In this document: one piece after another, positions 39,871-50,029 of the stretch
Numbering within the stretch: position 1 is the stretch's first letter
Layout of the letters: the number at the start of each line of letters is the position of its first letter
DNA from: Dehalococcoidia bacterium
Lineage (GTDB): Bacteria > Chloroflexota > Dehalococcoidia > UBA2979
DNA: 64,000 nucleotides
Direction: 5' to 3'
Assembly: GCA_965262725.1 (NCBI GenBank)
Contig: OZ253555.1
Location: 1,920,001 to 1,984,000 of the forward strand
Translations under genes and position numbers: made by a program
The notes under the pieces: generated by a model
What the model saw: only the letters and a program-made list of their open reading frames with translations
Told to the model about the DNA's origin: nothing
The model's database searches: none

Positions 39871-40470
39871 GGTAGGCGCGGTGGCTGAGCCGGTCTCGCA
39901 GCGCGGCATCTTTGCGCACCTGCGCAACGGTTCCCCGAGCGCCGTCAGCGTACGCAAGGCCGCGCTCGCCGTGGCGCACCTGCGCAAACGAGCGACCAGA
40001 GACGCATCACGATGTCCGCACCACGCCGCTCCAGCGCGACGTCGACGCATGGCCAACCGGATTGGCGGCACGCGGAGGAACGCGCGCACGGCGGCCGCGG
40101 CCGGCGGGGGCGGCCTGCCGCACGACGGTGATGGCGACCGTGGCCGTGGCGACGCCGCCCCGCGCCGGCTTCGAGATGGGCACGGCCTCTCCATCCTCGA
40201 AAGCGTGTACTCGTCGACATCCTGTGACGAGCGCCGGGATAGCGGTCCGATCGCCTGCGTCGCGCAGTGCGGTGTACGTGGTCACGATCAGGTTTCCCGC
40301 ATCGTCCAATAGATGTCCTTCGGAGATCGGGGTCATCTCAGCGTCATGTGGATGTCGCTCGTGCCAATTCGGTCCCCGAGAACAGCGAACGATGGGTCAG
40401 GAAGGGCGTGACGGAGACAACTGGATCCCGATGCTGGAGGCCCTCGCCGACGCCTCAGGCGGGGCGGTAC

Positions 40471-40860
40471 TCAAGGAGCGGCGACCGGCCCGTGATAGAG
40501 GCGACGCGCACAGCGCTCACGCTCGAACGGTTCGCCAGCGTTGAGCCCGATCAGTGCGGTGCTTACGGGCTCCGGGAGGCTTCCCCAGAACGCTAGCGAG
40601 CTACCGTCGAGCTCGGCCACGGTTATCCATCTCCCCGGTTCGACCTCTTCCTCGATTGCCTCGATAGCGTAGTTGTGCAGGCCCCAGGTCTGGGTATGGC
40701 ACCGGTAGGGGCCAGCCGCCTCGATCGCGACGACGACCTCGTCGGTGAAGTTCGGCGCGTCCCCGTCATCGAAGCCGAGCTTCAAGTTCCAACGTCGATG
40801 TCCCGGCGGGTGCCAGTACGTCTCCTTTCGTACCTGAGAGCCAGCGTATTGAGCGCCCTT
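40471..40860 (-). CDS. Hypothetical protein (start uncertain)
   Basis: Protein-like central part (WNLKLGFDDGDAPNF...IEAIEEEV); no family recognised. Confidence 0.35.
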   Translation of the reverse strand, partial: KGAQYAGSQVRKETYWHPPGHRRWNLKLGFDDGDAPNFTDEVVVAIEAAGPYRCHTQTWGLHNYAIEAIEEEVEPGRWITVAELDGSSLAFWGSLPEPVSTALIGLNAGEPFERERCARRLYHGPVAAP

Positions 40861-41096
40861 CGTGCCCGTCTGTCCCGCTCGTATCGCTCCGTGGTGACAG
40901 GTTGACGCCAAATTGATGCCAACGGCCAAATGGAACGGCGCTGGCGATCGACAGCGCAAGATTGTGGCGTCCGGGGGAGTGCAGCAGTTGCTGTCCGGGG
41001 CTGGCTCCATCGCTACAATGCGCGGCGGCCGCACGGCGGCATCGGCGGCGCTGTTCCCGCGTCCTCCCTGTAGGCAGCGTCCGTGGGGAATAGACA

Positions 41097-41510
41097 ATGC
41101 CTAGATCCGGCGGCGAGGCTGACAAGCTGGGGAACCGATACGAGGGCTTGTGGGCAGTTCATGCTGCACTGGACCTCATCGACGGCGAACACGTCGACCT
41201 GACAATCGAAGCGATCGGGGACGAAGCCGCCGGGGTCGAGTTCGTTCGGACGAACCGCTCAGGTGCCCCCGAGTACCACTCCATCAAGCGCCAACAAGGG
41301 AAGGGCAACTGGACACTCAGCCGTCTCGCTGAGGAGGGGCCGACGGGGAGGAGCATCCTCGGCGACCTCATCGCGAAGGTCGACAGTGGGGGTGAAGCGG
41401 TCTTCAGCTCCGGCACTAGCGTAAGCGAACTCGAGAGACTGATTGACCAATCTCGCGCGACTGAGTCTTTCGACGAATTCGGTGCGCGCATCGAGCAAAA
41501 CGCCATGCGT
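41097..41510 (+). pseudogene. N-terminal Cap4-like nuclease domain of a large defence-type protein, truncated
   Basis: GGEADKLGNRYEGLW...GVEF...EYHSIKRQ resembles N-terminal PD-(D/E)XK effector domains of STAND/Avs-like proteins. Confidence 0.6.
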
Positions 41511-41956
41511 TCCGGGCAGGTTGTGAGTACGGAGTGGACGTAGACCTCGAAGACCGTGCGGATCAGCGGATTGTCGAGTCGGATGAACTCCACGTCCCAC
41601 GAGGCAACCGTCGCCTTGGCTTGGTTGAAGTAGCGAGCAACCTGCGGGTCGGCCTGCAGTTCCGCTCGCGTGCGGCCCTCGACGACGACGCGACGCTTCC
41701 TTGCTCGCTCGACGGCCATCGAGAAGGCAAGGGTCGCGGAGTGGTGCGTGCTGCTTGGGCGTGTGTGTTGCGCGAGGCGGTTGCGCAAGTTGCGAGTCTG
41801 TCCGACATATCGATAGCGTTCGCCGTCGCTGAACAGGTAAACCCCCGGGACAGCGGGTACCTTGCCCGGCGTAGGCGGTGATTGCGGAGCGTCCAGCAAC
41901 GGACGCATCTTCGACCAGATGCGCTCCCCGCTTTGCCAGGATGGCTCAACGTCCAA
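41511..41956 (-). pseudogene. GIY-YIG nuclease, 3' end lost
   Basis: PGVYLF...YRYVGQTRNLRNRLAQH; the frame then runs into the antisense of the Cap4-like fragment. Confidence 0.7.
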
Positions 41957-42830
41957 GCGATGTGGACCCTGCTGGCCGACTACGCGAAGGAGCAGCGATT
42001 GCTCGATCCCCTGATCGCGATGACCTCAGAAGACCTCGGCCGCTCTGGATCGTGGCGGGCGATCGAGGCCATGCCCGAGATCGCCGCCGACGATCCCGAG
42101 CGGTGGCGTGACGTGCTCGGCTGGGCAGCGAGCCGGCTCGCCGAGCGTGCCGCCACCGATCCCTGGTCGGTCGCCCTTCTCATCGAGAAGAGCAGTGGTG
42201 TGGTCCCTCTCCCCGTGAGTGAGCCCGCGAGGGAGATTCGGTCTCCGTCTGCTGGAGAGGACGAGGCGCTCATCCTGGTCTGAGAAGTCGAGCCTCACGG
42301 AGGATTCCCTGATCGGGGGATTCCTGAACCTCCCGGCGGGGAAGGCAATGCAGGCGCTGCTCGAGCTGGCACGCCGGGAGATGGCCGACTTGGAGGCCTC
42401 CACCGGGACGCAGCCCGGCGTGCCGCAGTGGTTCCGGTCCAGCGTGCTGGACGTGATCGAGCGCGACGATCTGGCTCTGGGGATCGATGCATGGGTGGGG
42501 GTGGGCCGCTACTATGCCTTGCTGGCCAGTCGATCGCCCGACGCAGTCGCCTTCGTCGCGGCTCGCCTGGAGTCCGAGGCGTCGGACCTCTCGACCCCCA
42601 CACTTGCCTTTTGGGCGGGATACCTGTGGTCACCCTCGGTGTGGCCCCGCGCACTGGAGCGCCTCCAGGACGCCTATAGGCAGCACGCCCTGATCCTGCA
42701 GCGGGCGCAAGCTCTAGATGAACATCTTCGAGAGTCGTTCTTCCATCACGTGGTGATGGGAGCTCTCAGGGGGGTGGGCGACTACGAGGACATCTTGCAG
42801 GCCACCCTCGGTCCCCCCTTCACTCCGCAG
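41957..42830 (+). pseudogene. Frameshifted helical C-terminal region of a large protein; probable continuation at ~44412-44791
   Basis: Two overlapping frames (WTLLADYAKEQ..., FLNLPAGKA...FWAGYLW) end at an AT-rich insert; similar coding style resumes after it. Confidence 0.45.
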
Positions 42831-42840
42831 GCCGAACTGA

Positions 42841-42990
42841 CCTAGTTTGAACAGCAGTAATGCCCTAGTTATTGCTGTTTCCAACTAATGCAAATGCATC
42901 CATTAGGCCAGCACATAAAGGGACTTAAATCAAAAACCCGAAGTTCGGGCTCGTTGCCAGAGTGTGCTGTCCTAATGGATGCATTTGTAT
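42841..42990. repeat. AT-rich paired inverted repeats
   Basis: IR1 42843-42860/42869-42887; IR2 28 bp with 2 mismatches 42888-42915/42963-42990. The 21-mer at 42841-42861 repeats exactly at 44183-44203. Confidence 0.85.
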
Positions 42991-43037
42991 CAGGTTTGAA
43001 AAACTAGTGTCTAGAATGAGGCTAGAGTCTTGACTGC

Positions 43038-43899
43038 GTGCGTCCGGAAGTCGAAGGGGTGGTGACGTGATGACGTGACCGGTCCGGAGACATGCTCGTT
43101 GCTGCCAGCCGGTGAGAGTCCGGCACGGGTAACTGTCAGGAGGCCCGTTAGCAGGTCGGCGGCGTGGACGGGAAACGGTCTGCGTCGAAGCCCGACGTCA
43201 AGAGCCCTATGAGGGGGAGCAAACGTGCGGTCCGCAGCATGACGCGAAGTCTGCCGCGCCGTGAGACTCGCCTGTCTATTGACAGGACCAAGGAGGAGCC
43301 GAGCCCGGGTGGTCAGGGCGAAGGCCATGGACGAGGTGAAGATCCTGGAATGCAGCCTCAAGAAACCTCCCGGCGTATGGGACGTGGAACGTACGGAAGG
43401 TAGCGACGGGAACCGGAGAAGCCCTCCCCGGCCCGGCACCCTGTGAGAGGGCGTCGGAGCGAGGCGTCCTATAACCGGTCAGAGCCGGGAAGTGGACAGC
43501 CAGCCGGAAGGGTGGCGGAGGGGGTCGTAGTACCGCTGGAGCCGGACGGACAACATAACCGCCGGTGATGGGAAGGACCCCTACTTTGTCCGTGCATGTT
43601 GCTGGGGGTGTGGACTGGTGAGTGCCCCTCGGGGCTAGCAACCACTTGGTAGGGTTCGAGGCTCTCCGCACATGCTGTACCGGCTGGCCAAGGCACGACC
43701 CACGTTGTGGGGAGCGCTGCATGCCATCTGGTGAAGGGCATCGGTGAGCCGGATGAGGGAGAACCTCACGTCCGGTTCGATGTGGCAGGGGCTGGAGACG
43801 GACGCTGCTATGGCCGTGGAGTTGGGCACCACCGGGAAACCGGCTTGGAACTGATGCGCCACCGCCTACGGCTCGCACCGCGCCAGCCCCTGACCCTAC
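43038..43899 (+). mobile_element. ORF-less group II intron D (different class, 862 nt)
   Basis: 5' GTGCG; D5 GAGCCGGATGAGGGAGAACCTCACGTCCGGTTC; ends CCCTGACCCTAC. EBS1 GTGGTCA pairs with TGACTGC; EBS2 AGACTC pairs with GAGTCT. D4 keeps only an RT relic (LRHMLYRLAKA). Confidence 0.88.
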
Positions 43900-43968
43900 A
43901 ACTATCACCACCTACAGTCGACCATCTTGTTGGTGCTACACTGAGCCAGAGTTCAACGAGAAGCTGGC

Positions 43969-44169
43969 TCAGTTGAGACGAACCAATAAGTCCGCAACCA
44001 TCTTGAGATCGTTGGCGTGGCTAACAAGCTTCTTCGCGTCAATCAAATCCCGAGCCACCACAGCCTGCTCCAACGAGAGTCGTTCGCCAAGAAGGAGTCG
44101 CAAGGACTCATGTAGGTGAAGTCCTGCCCGGTCAATCTGGTCGTAGAGTTCGCTAACCATATCAGTCAT
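43969..44169 (-). CDS. Small hypothetical helical protein (66 aa)
   Basis: AGGAG upstream of ATG; lower GC than the surroundings. Confidence 0.5.
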   Translation of the reverse strand: MTDMVSELYDQIDRAGLHLHESLRLLLGERLSLEQAVVARDLIDAKKLVSHANDLKMVADLLVRLN

Positions 44170-45069
44170 GTGGTGAGGGTCTCCTAGTTTGAACAGCAGT
44201 AATACATGAATCGAACTAACCTAGGTTGAATCATGCATGAAAAACGTGTCAGGGCTGAACTGCTCAGCCTCTCTCAGAATAGCAATGAGTTTTTCAGTCA
44301 GGTTCGTCAGCGACCTAATCTATCTCGAAGGTAACAAGGCCGAACTCCTCAACTTGTCTGAGAAGCCCAACGAACTCGTCCGCATTGAGTATAGTAGCGA
44401 ATCGGGGGTTCGGACGGCGCTGCGCTGGCGACGTACCTGCGATGGCTGGACGAACTCGATCGCCCCCCTACGGAGATCGGAGACCTGATCGAGGCATCGC
44501 TCGACCAATCAACAGACGGCTTGGAGGCCGATCAGGTTCTCCGGTACCTTGCATCCCACGTGGAGGACGCTCCTGAGCGCGTCCTCACGCTCTTCGGGAG
44601 CTGCGTGGACTGGCATCGGCTGCGCGGGCGTCTCTCGGCTCCCGCGTGAGGAGACACACACCCTGCTTGCGGGTCTCGCGCCCCGGCTACATGGCAGCCC
44701 CGAACTCGCTCGGATCCTCGACGGTCTTGCCGAATTGGGAGTAATTTCGACTCAGGATGTCCGCCGCTACCTCGCTGCCCTCGACTCGTAGTGCCCCGGA
44801 TCTCCAGCGCCCTGAACAGCGTCGACGGCTCGTGCGGCAGGCTCCTTGATGTGGGATCCGCGCCGGACCGTCACTCACGATCGGGCATCCGTCGCCCGAT
44901 CGCGCTCGCGCGCCCGCAGGCGGCGACGTGAACCCTGAAGCCCGACGCTGCGCGGCACACGCGGCAGATCACTTGGCCGGGGCACTCGTGCGTCAACCCG
45001 CAGTGCGGGTGCGGATGCCCCGAGCTCAGGGGCGCCGGCGGCCGCCGTCCCGACCTGCCGGTTCGGGAA

Positions 45070-45800
45070 GGCAGCGTGGGACGCGGGTTCCACGGCGTTT
45101 CCTGCTACGGGACGCGAGTCCTATGGGAACGGAGCCCCCGTAGTAGTCCGAGGACGGGAAAGCCGTCCACATGGCGAAGGGGGGCAGGTGTCTTGAGACC
45201 TGACCGAAGGAGGTGCGCGAGATGCGCAACGCCGAAACCGCGTTGGGAATCATCCAACAACGTGGCAAACAGGGACAGCCGCTGGAACGCGTCTATCGGC
45301 TCCTGTTCAATCGGAACCTGTATCTCCTGGCCTACGGCAAGCTCTATCGCAACAAGGGGGCCATGACCCCCGGGGCGACGGGCGAGACCGTGGACGGGAT
45401 GACCATGAGCAAAATCGACGCCACGGAGATCGACCGAGGATGGAGCGGGACAACCTGGTTCATCGAAGGGGATATCGCCGAGTGCTTCGACCGGCTGGAC
45501 CATAAGGTCCTGCTCGACGTACTGGGCGAACACATCCACGACAACCGCTCCCTGCGCCTCCTCGCGGGGCTGCTTGAGGCGGGGTACCTAGAGGGGGCGA
45601 CACAACGCCACGCTGAGCGGCACGCCGCAAGGCGGCGTCGTGAGCCTCATTCTCGGACATCTATCTGGACCGATTGGACAAGTACGTCGGGGCGGTGCTC
45701 CAACCGGCACACACCCGCGAAACCAAGCGACGAACGAACCGGACGTACCGGCGGCTCTGGGAGCAGGCCGCGTACGCGAGGAGCACGCCCGGGTGCGCGA
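45070..45800 (+). pseudogene. Degraded ML-class (IIA-like) group II intron: D2/D3 plus a deleted, frameshifted RT (ATG 45222)
   Basis: LAYGKLYRNKGAMTPG, WFIEGDI..CFD and GTPQGGVVS (other frame); no YADD, D5 or D6 seen. Confidence 0.85.
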
Positions 45801-45965
45801 GCGCAGGCGCCCACCTGGGCATCGCTAGACTCGTGCAGGGCAGCCGGTCGAGTTCGCCGTCGATGCCCCCGAGCGGCAGATGCCCGTTCGCTTCCGGAGC
45901 GCAAGCACCACATGTAGTGTCTCCGCTGTGGCACTGGCTGCCCCGATCGCGGAGAGTTGAGACCC

Positions 45966-48900
45966 ATGATCGTGCTCCACGCGGCCATCTCCGAGGGCGC
46001 GCTGCTGCTCTGGGGCGAGACCCCGCCGGGGGACGCCAGCTCCCCTCCACCCGCCGGGGGCCCCCGCCGCCGCGCCCGGCCCCACCCGTTCGCGGCCAGC
46101 GCGCTCGGAGTCGCACGGGCGATCGCGGACGCCGCTCCCTGCACCCCCGTGGCGCCCGCGGACGCCTGGAAGGTCGGAGCGTGGCTCCCCACCCGGGGCT
46201 CGCGGCCGCTCCCCTCGACCGCGCTGCTCGGCGACGCTCCGCCGTCCCGCGCTCGGATCCGGATCGCCCGCTGGTCGGTTGCGGCCCTCCCGCTCGCCCC
46301 CGCTGACGCCCGGGGACTGCTTGTCGCAGCAGCCGGAGGAGAGCGCGCGATGGCCCCGGGCGTGATCGCGGCGAGCGACCTGCGCTACTGGGCGGACGCG
46401 CTGCGGCTGGCGACCACCCTGGTCGCGAGCGGCCAGTTCCTGCCGGGACTCGACGCAGGGCCGGGCGGCGCCCACGCCACCTGGGATCCGGTCTACACGG
46501 GCGCGAACGCAGAACGCCTCGCCGCCCTCGCTCGGCGGATGCCGGCCGCGGCGCGGGCCCTCTCACGCGCGCGGACCGCACCTGGGGCGCCCGCCGCGGA
46601 GGTGTTGCGCCACGTGATGGCGCGCGTCACCGACCGCCTGGTGCGAAACGCCGCGGGCGGCCTGGGAGCAGGCTCGCACGCCGCCCCCGAGAGCGCGCAC
46701 GACGCGTGGCTCTCCGCCCTCCGTTCGCCCGACGGCGGTGTGGAGTGGCCGGCGGCGGATCTGCGACAGCTCGCGGCGGAGGTCGATTCGTGGCGTGCTC
46801 CGATCGCGGTGTCGGAGCATTCGCCGTACCGTCTCTGCTTCCGCCTCGAGGAGCCCGCCGCCGTGCCGGACGGGGGCGACGACGCTGGTGCGGCCGCTGA
46901 GGGAGAGGAGGGAGCGCCGGAGCACGGCTGGTACCTGCGCTACCTGCTTCAACCCCACGACGACCCGAGCCTGCTGGTGCCGGTCGACGAGGTCTGGTCG
47001 GGCCGCATCCCGAAGCTGCCCGGGCGCTCGGGCGACGGCCTCCACGAGTTCCTGATCGCCTCGCTCGGGCAGGCGGCCGGCCTCTGCCCCGCCGTCCTCG
47101 CAGGTCTGGAAGACACCGCTCCCGCCGGGTGCCGCCTTGATGCGGATGGCGCGCACGCGTTTCTGACCCGCGACGCCCTCGCCCTTGGGCAGGCGGGATT
47201 CACGGTCATGCTTCCGGCCTGGTGGACGCGGCGGGGAAGCAGGCTGCAGCTCAGCGCCCGGGCCCGCGTCCGGGGCTCCCGCCACAAGGCGGGGGACGGA
47301 ACCCTGCTGGATGCGATCGCCCGCTTCGATTGGGAGCTCGCCATCGGCGAGCGAGCGCTCAGCTTCGGTGAGCTGGAGCAGCTTGCCCTGCTGAAGAGCC
47401 CGCTGGTTCGGATGCGCGGCCGGTGGGTGCAGGTGCGCCCCGAGGAGATCCGCGCGGCGATCGAGTTCTGGACCTCCCGCGGCTCGGACACGGCAACGGT
47501 CCGCGAGCTCGTGCAGATGGCGCTCGGTTCGCAGGACCTGCCCGGTGCTCTGGACTTCGGGGGAGTCGAAGCCGACGGGTGGATCGGCGAACTCCTGGGG
47601 CGGCTTCGGGGGACGGCCGCGTTCGAGCAGCTCCCGCCCCCCGCCGGATTCACCGGCACGCTCCGCCCCTACCAGCTCCGCGGCTACTCCTGGCTCGCCT
47701 TCCTCGGGCGCTGGGGTCTTGGGGCCTGCCTGGCCGACGACATGGGGCTGGGGAAGACGATCCAGACCCTGGCCCTGATCGAGCGCGACCGCGAGCTCGG
47801 CTCCACGCGACCGGTGCTCCTGATCTGCCCGACGTCGGTCCTGAACAACTGGCGCAAGGAGGCCAGCCGCTTTACACCCGGTCTCCGCGTGCTCGTCCAC
47901 CACGGGCCCGGCCGCAGCCGGGGCGAGGCGTTCGCCCGCGAGGCGCGGCGGCACGGCCTCGTCATCTCCAGCTACCAGCTGCTCGCCCGTGATCTCGACA
48001 CCCTGACGGAGGTCGACTGGGGCGGGATCGTGCTGGACGAGGCGCAGAACATCAAGAACCCGGAGACGCTGCCGGCACGCGCCGCGCGGGCGCTTCAGGG
48101 CGGCTACCGGATCGCCCTCACCGGGACGCCGGTCGAGAACCATGTCGGGGAGCTGTGGTCGATCATGGAATTCCTGAACCCCAGCCTGTTGGGGACGGAG
48201 GGTGCGTTTCACCGTCGGTTCCTGGTGCCGATCCAGGCCGCGCGCGACCCCGACGCCGGCGAGCGGCTCCGGCGCCTCACGGGGCCGTTCATCCTGCGTC
48301 GGCTCAAGACCGACAGATCGATCATCTCGGACCTGCCGGAGAAGCTGGAGGCGAACGTCTACTGCCTGCTGACGCGGGAGCAGGCGTCGCTCTACGCCTC
48401 CGTGGTGGACGAGACACAGCGGGCGCTCGCGGGGGCCGAGGGCATCCGGCGGCGCGGGTTGGTGCTGGCGACGATCTCGAAGCTCAAGCAGGTCTGCAAC
48501 CACCCCGCGCAGTTCCTGGGCGACAACTCGCGGATTGACGGCCGCTCCGGCAAGCTGCAACGGCTGACGGAGATGGTGGAGGAGGTCGTGTTGGCGGGCG
48601 AACGCGCGCTCGTCTTCAGTCAGTTCGCGGAGATGGGGAGCATGATCCAGCGCCACCTCCAGAGCACGCTCGGGCGCGAGGCGCTGTTCCTCCACGGCGG
48701 GGTCGCGCGCCGACAGCGCGACGAGATGGTCGAGCGCTTTCAGGACGAAGGCTCGGCGCCGGCGATCTTCGTGCTGTCGCTCAAGGCGGGCGGCACGGGG
48801 CTGAACCTGACAGCCGCCAACCACGTCTTCCACTTCGACCGCTGGTGGAACCCCGCTGTCGAGAACCAGGCGACCGATCGTGCCTTCCGCATCGGCCAGT

Positions 48901-49088
48901 CCCGCCACGTCCAGGTGCACCGCTTCGTCTGCAGCGGAACGCTCGAAGAGAGGATCGACGAGATCATCGAGCGCAAGAGAGAGGTCGCCGATCTCGTCGT
49001 CGGCACCGGCGAGGGATGGTTGACCGAACTCTCCGAGGCAGAGCTGCGCGAGGTGCTCGCGCTCGGCAGTGAGGCGGTCGCGGACTGA
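45966..49088 (+). CDS. SNF2-family helicase/ATPase
   Basis: LRPYQ, LADDMGLGKT, LDEAQNIKN, ALTGTPVEN, GTGLNLT and QATDRAFRIGQ motifs. Confidence 0.95.
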   Translation: MIVLHAAISEGALLLWGETPPGDASSPPPAGGPRRRARPHPFAASALGVARAIADAAPCTPVAPADAWKVGAWLPTRGSRPLPSTALLGDAPPSRARIRIARWSVAALPLAPADARGLLVAAAGGERAMAPGVIAASDLRYWADALRLATTLVASGQFLPGLDAGPGGAHATWDPVYTGANAERLAALARRMPAAARALSRARTAPGAPAAEVLRHVMARVTDRLVRNAAGGLGAGSHAAPESAHDAWLSALRSPDGGVEWPAADLRQLAAEVDSWRAPIAVSEHSPYRLCFRLEEPAAVPDGGDDAGAAAEGEEGAPEHGWYLRYLLQPHDDPSLLVPVDEVWSGRIPKLPGRSGDGLHEFLIASLGQAAGLCPAVLAGLEDTAPAGCRLDADGAHAFLTRDALALGQAGFTVMLPAWWTRRGSRLQLSARARVRGSRHKAGDGTLLDAIARFDWELAIGERALSFGELEQLALLKSPLVRMRGRWVQVRPEEIRAAIEFWTSRGSDTATVRELVQMALGSQDLPGALDFGGVEADGWIGELLGRLRGTAAFEQLPPPAGFTGTLRPYQLRGYSWLAFLGRWGLGACLADDMGLGKTIQTLALIERDRELGSTRPVLLICPTSVLNNWRKEASRFTPGLRVLVHHGPGRSRGEAFAREARRHGLVISSYQLLARDLDTLTEVDWGGIVLDEAQNIKNPETLPARAARALQGGYRIALTGTPVENHVGELWSIMEFLNPSLLGTEGAFHRRFLVPIQAARDPDAGERLRRLTGPFILRRLKTDRSIISDLPEKLEANVYCLLTREQASLYASVVDETQRALAGAEGIRRRGLVLATISKLKQVCNHPAQFLGDNSRIDGRSGKLQRLTEMVEEVVLAGERALVFSQFAEMGSMIQRHLQSTLGREALFLHGGVARRQRDEMVERFQDEGSAPAIFVLSLKAGGTGLNLTAANHVFHFDRWWNPAVENQATDRAFRIGQSRHVQVHRFVCSGTLEERIDEIIERKREVADLVVGTGEGWLTELSEAELREVLALGSEAVAD

Positions 49089-50008
49089 TGGCGGCCCCCG
49101 ACGCCGGCGGCTACAACCCCCCGCCGGGGCCGCGTCCGGCGAAGGGGGGCATCCGGTCGCAGTCGCGCAGGGGCGGCCAGGAGCGCTGGTGGGCCGGGCG
49201 CTGGCTCGCGGCGCTCGACCGCCGCTCGCTCGCGGGCCGGCTCGCACGCGGCCGCTCGTACGCCCGCCGGGGGCAAGTGCTCTCGATCAGCGTCGAACAG
49301 GGAGTCGTCACGGCGGAGGTGCAGGGTTCGCGCCGGCGGCCCTACTGGGTCACGGTCTGGGTGCGGGCGCTGGGGGCGGAGGAGAAGGGGCGGCTCGTGC
49401 GCGGGCTCGCCGGGCGCCCCGCCGTCGCCGCCCGCCTCCTGGCCGGGCACGTGCCCGAGGAGGTCGAGGACATCTTCCGCGAGGCCGGGGCCTCGCTCTT
49501 TCCCGATGACCGCACGGATCTGCAGACTGAATGCTCCTGCCCCGACTGGTCGAATCCGTGCAAGCACGCGGCGGCGGTCTACGTGCTGCTCGGCGAGGAG
49601 TTCGACCGCGATCCGTTCCTGATCTTCCGGCTCAGGGGCGTGGAGCGCGAGGAGATCGTCGCGCTCGCCGCGGGCGGGCAGGCCGGAGCCGGGGCGAGAC
49701 CGGACGACAAGCCGGCGAGCGAGCCGGTGCCGGACGAGCCGCTCCCCGAGAACCCCGACATCTTCTGGGACGGACGGCCCGCGGCACCAGCCGCGCCCCC
49801 GCCGGTGCTCCCGGCCGCGGCCGCCCTTCCCCGGAGGCTCGGCCCCTTCCCGTTCTGGCGGGGGCAGGAGCAGTTTCTTCCGGCGCTGGACCCGCTCTAC
49901 CGGGCCGCATCGGCGGCCGGCGTCGAGCTCGTCGCAGGCCTGGCCGGCGGAGGCGGCGCCCCTGAACCGGACCCCGGGCACCCGGACCCCGGGCAGCCGG
50001 CCGGGTAG
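49088..50008 (+). CDS. SWIM zinc-finger protein, coupled to the SNF2 gene
   Basis: RLARGRSYARRG and CSCPDWSNPCKHAAA; TGATG stop/start overlap. Confidence 0.92.
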   Translation: MAAPDAGGYNPPPGPRPAKGGIRSQSRRGGQERWWAGRWLAALDRRSLAGRLARGRSYARRGQVLSISVEQGVVTAEVQGSRRRPYWVTVWVRALGAEEKGRLVRGLAGRPAVAARLLAGHVPEEVEDIFREAGASLFPDDRTDLQTECSCPDWSNPCKHAAAVYVLLGEEFDRDPFLIFRLRGVEREEIVALAAGGQAGAGARPDDKPASEPVPDEPLPENPDIFWDGRPAAPAAPPPVLPAAAALPRRLGPFPFWRGQEQFLPALDPLYRAASAAGVELVAGLAGGGGAPEPDPGHPDPGQPAG

Positions 50009-50029
50009 GGGGGCGGTCAGCGGCTCCCG

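Noticed and set aside
43409-43420. GGAACCGGAGAA in intron D as the target of bridge RNA unit 2
   Set aside because: The left half matches and the position looks homologous, but the core is CG and the right half mismatches. GGAACCTGTATC at ~45314 also fails on the right half.
46563-49981. 894-aa and 413-aa minus-strand ORFs
   Set aside because: Antisense shadows of the SNF2 and SWIM genes.
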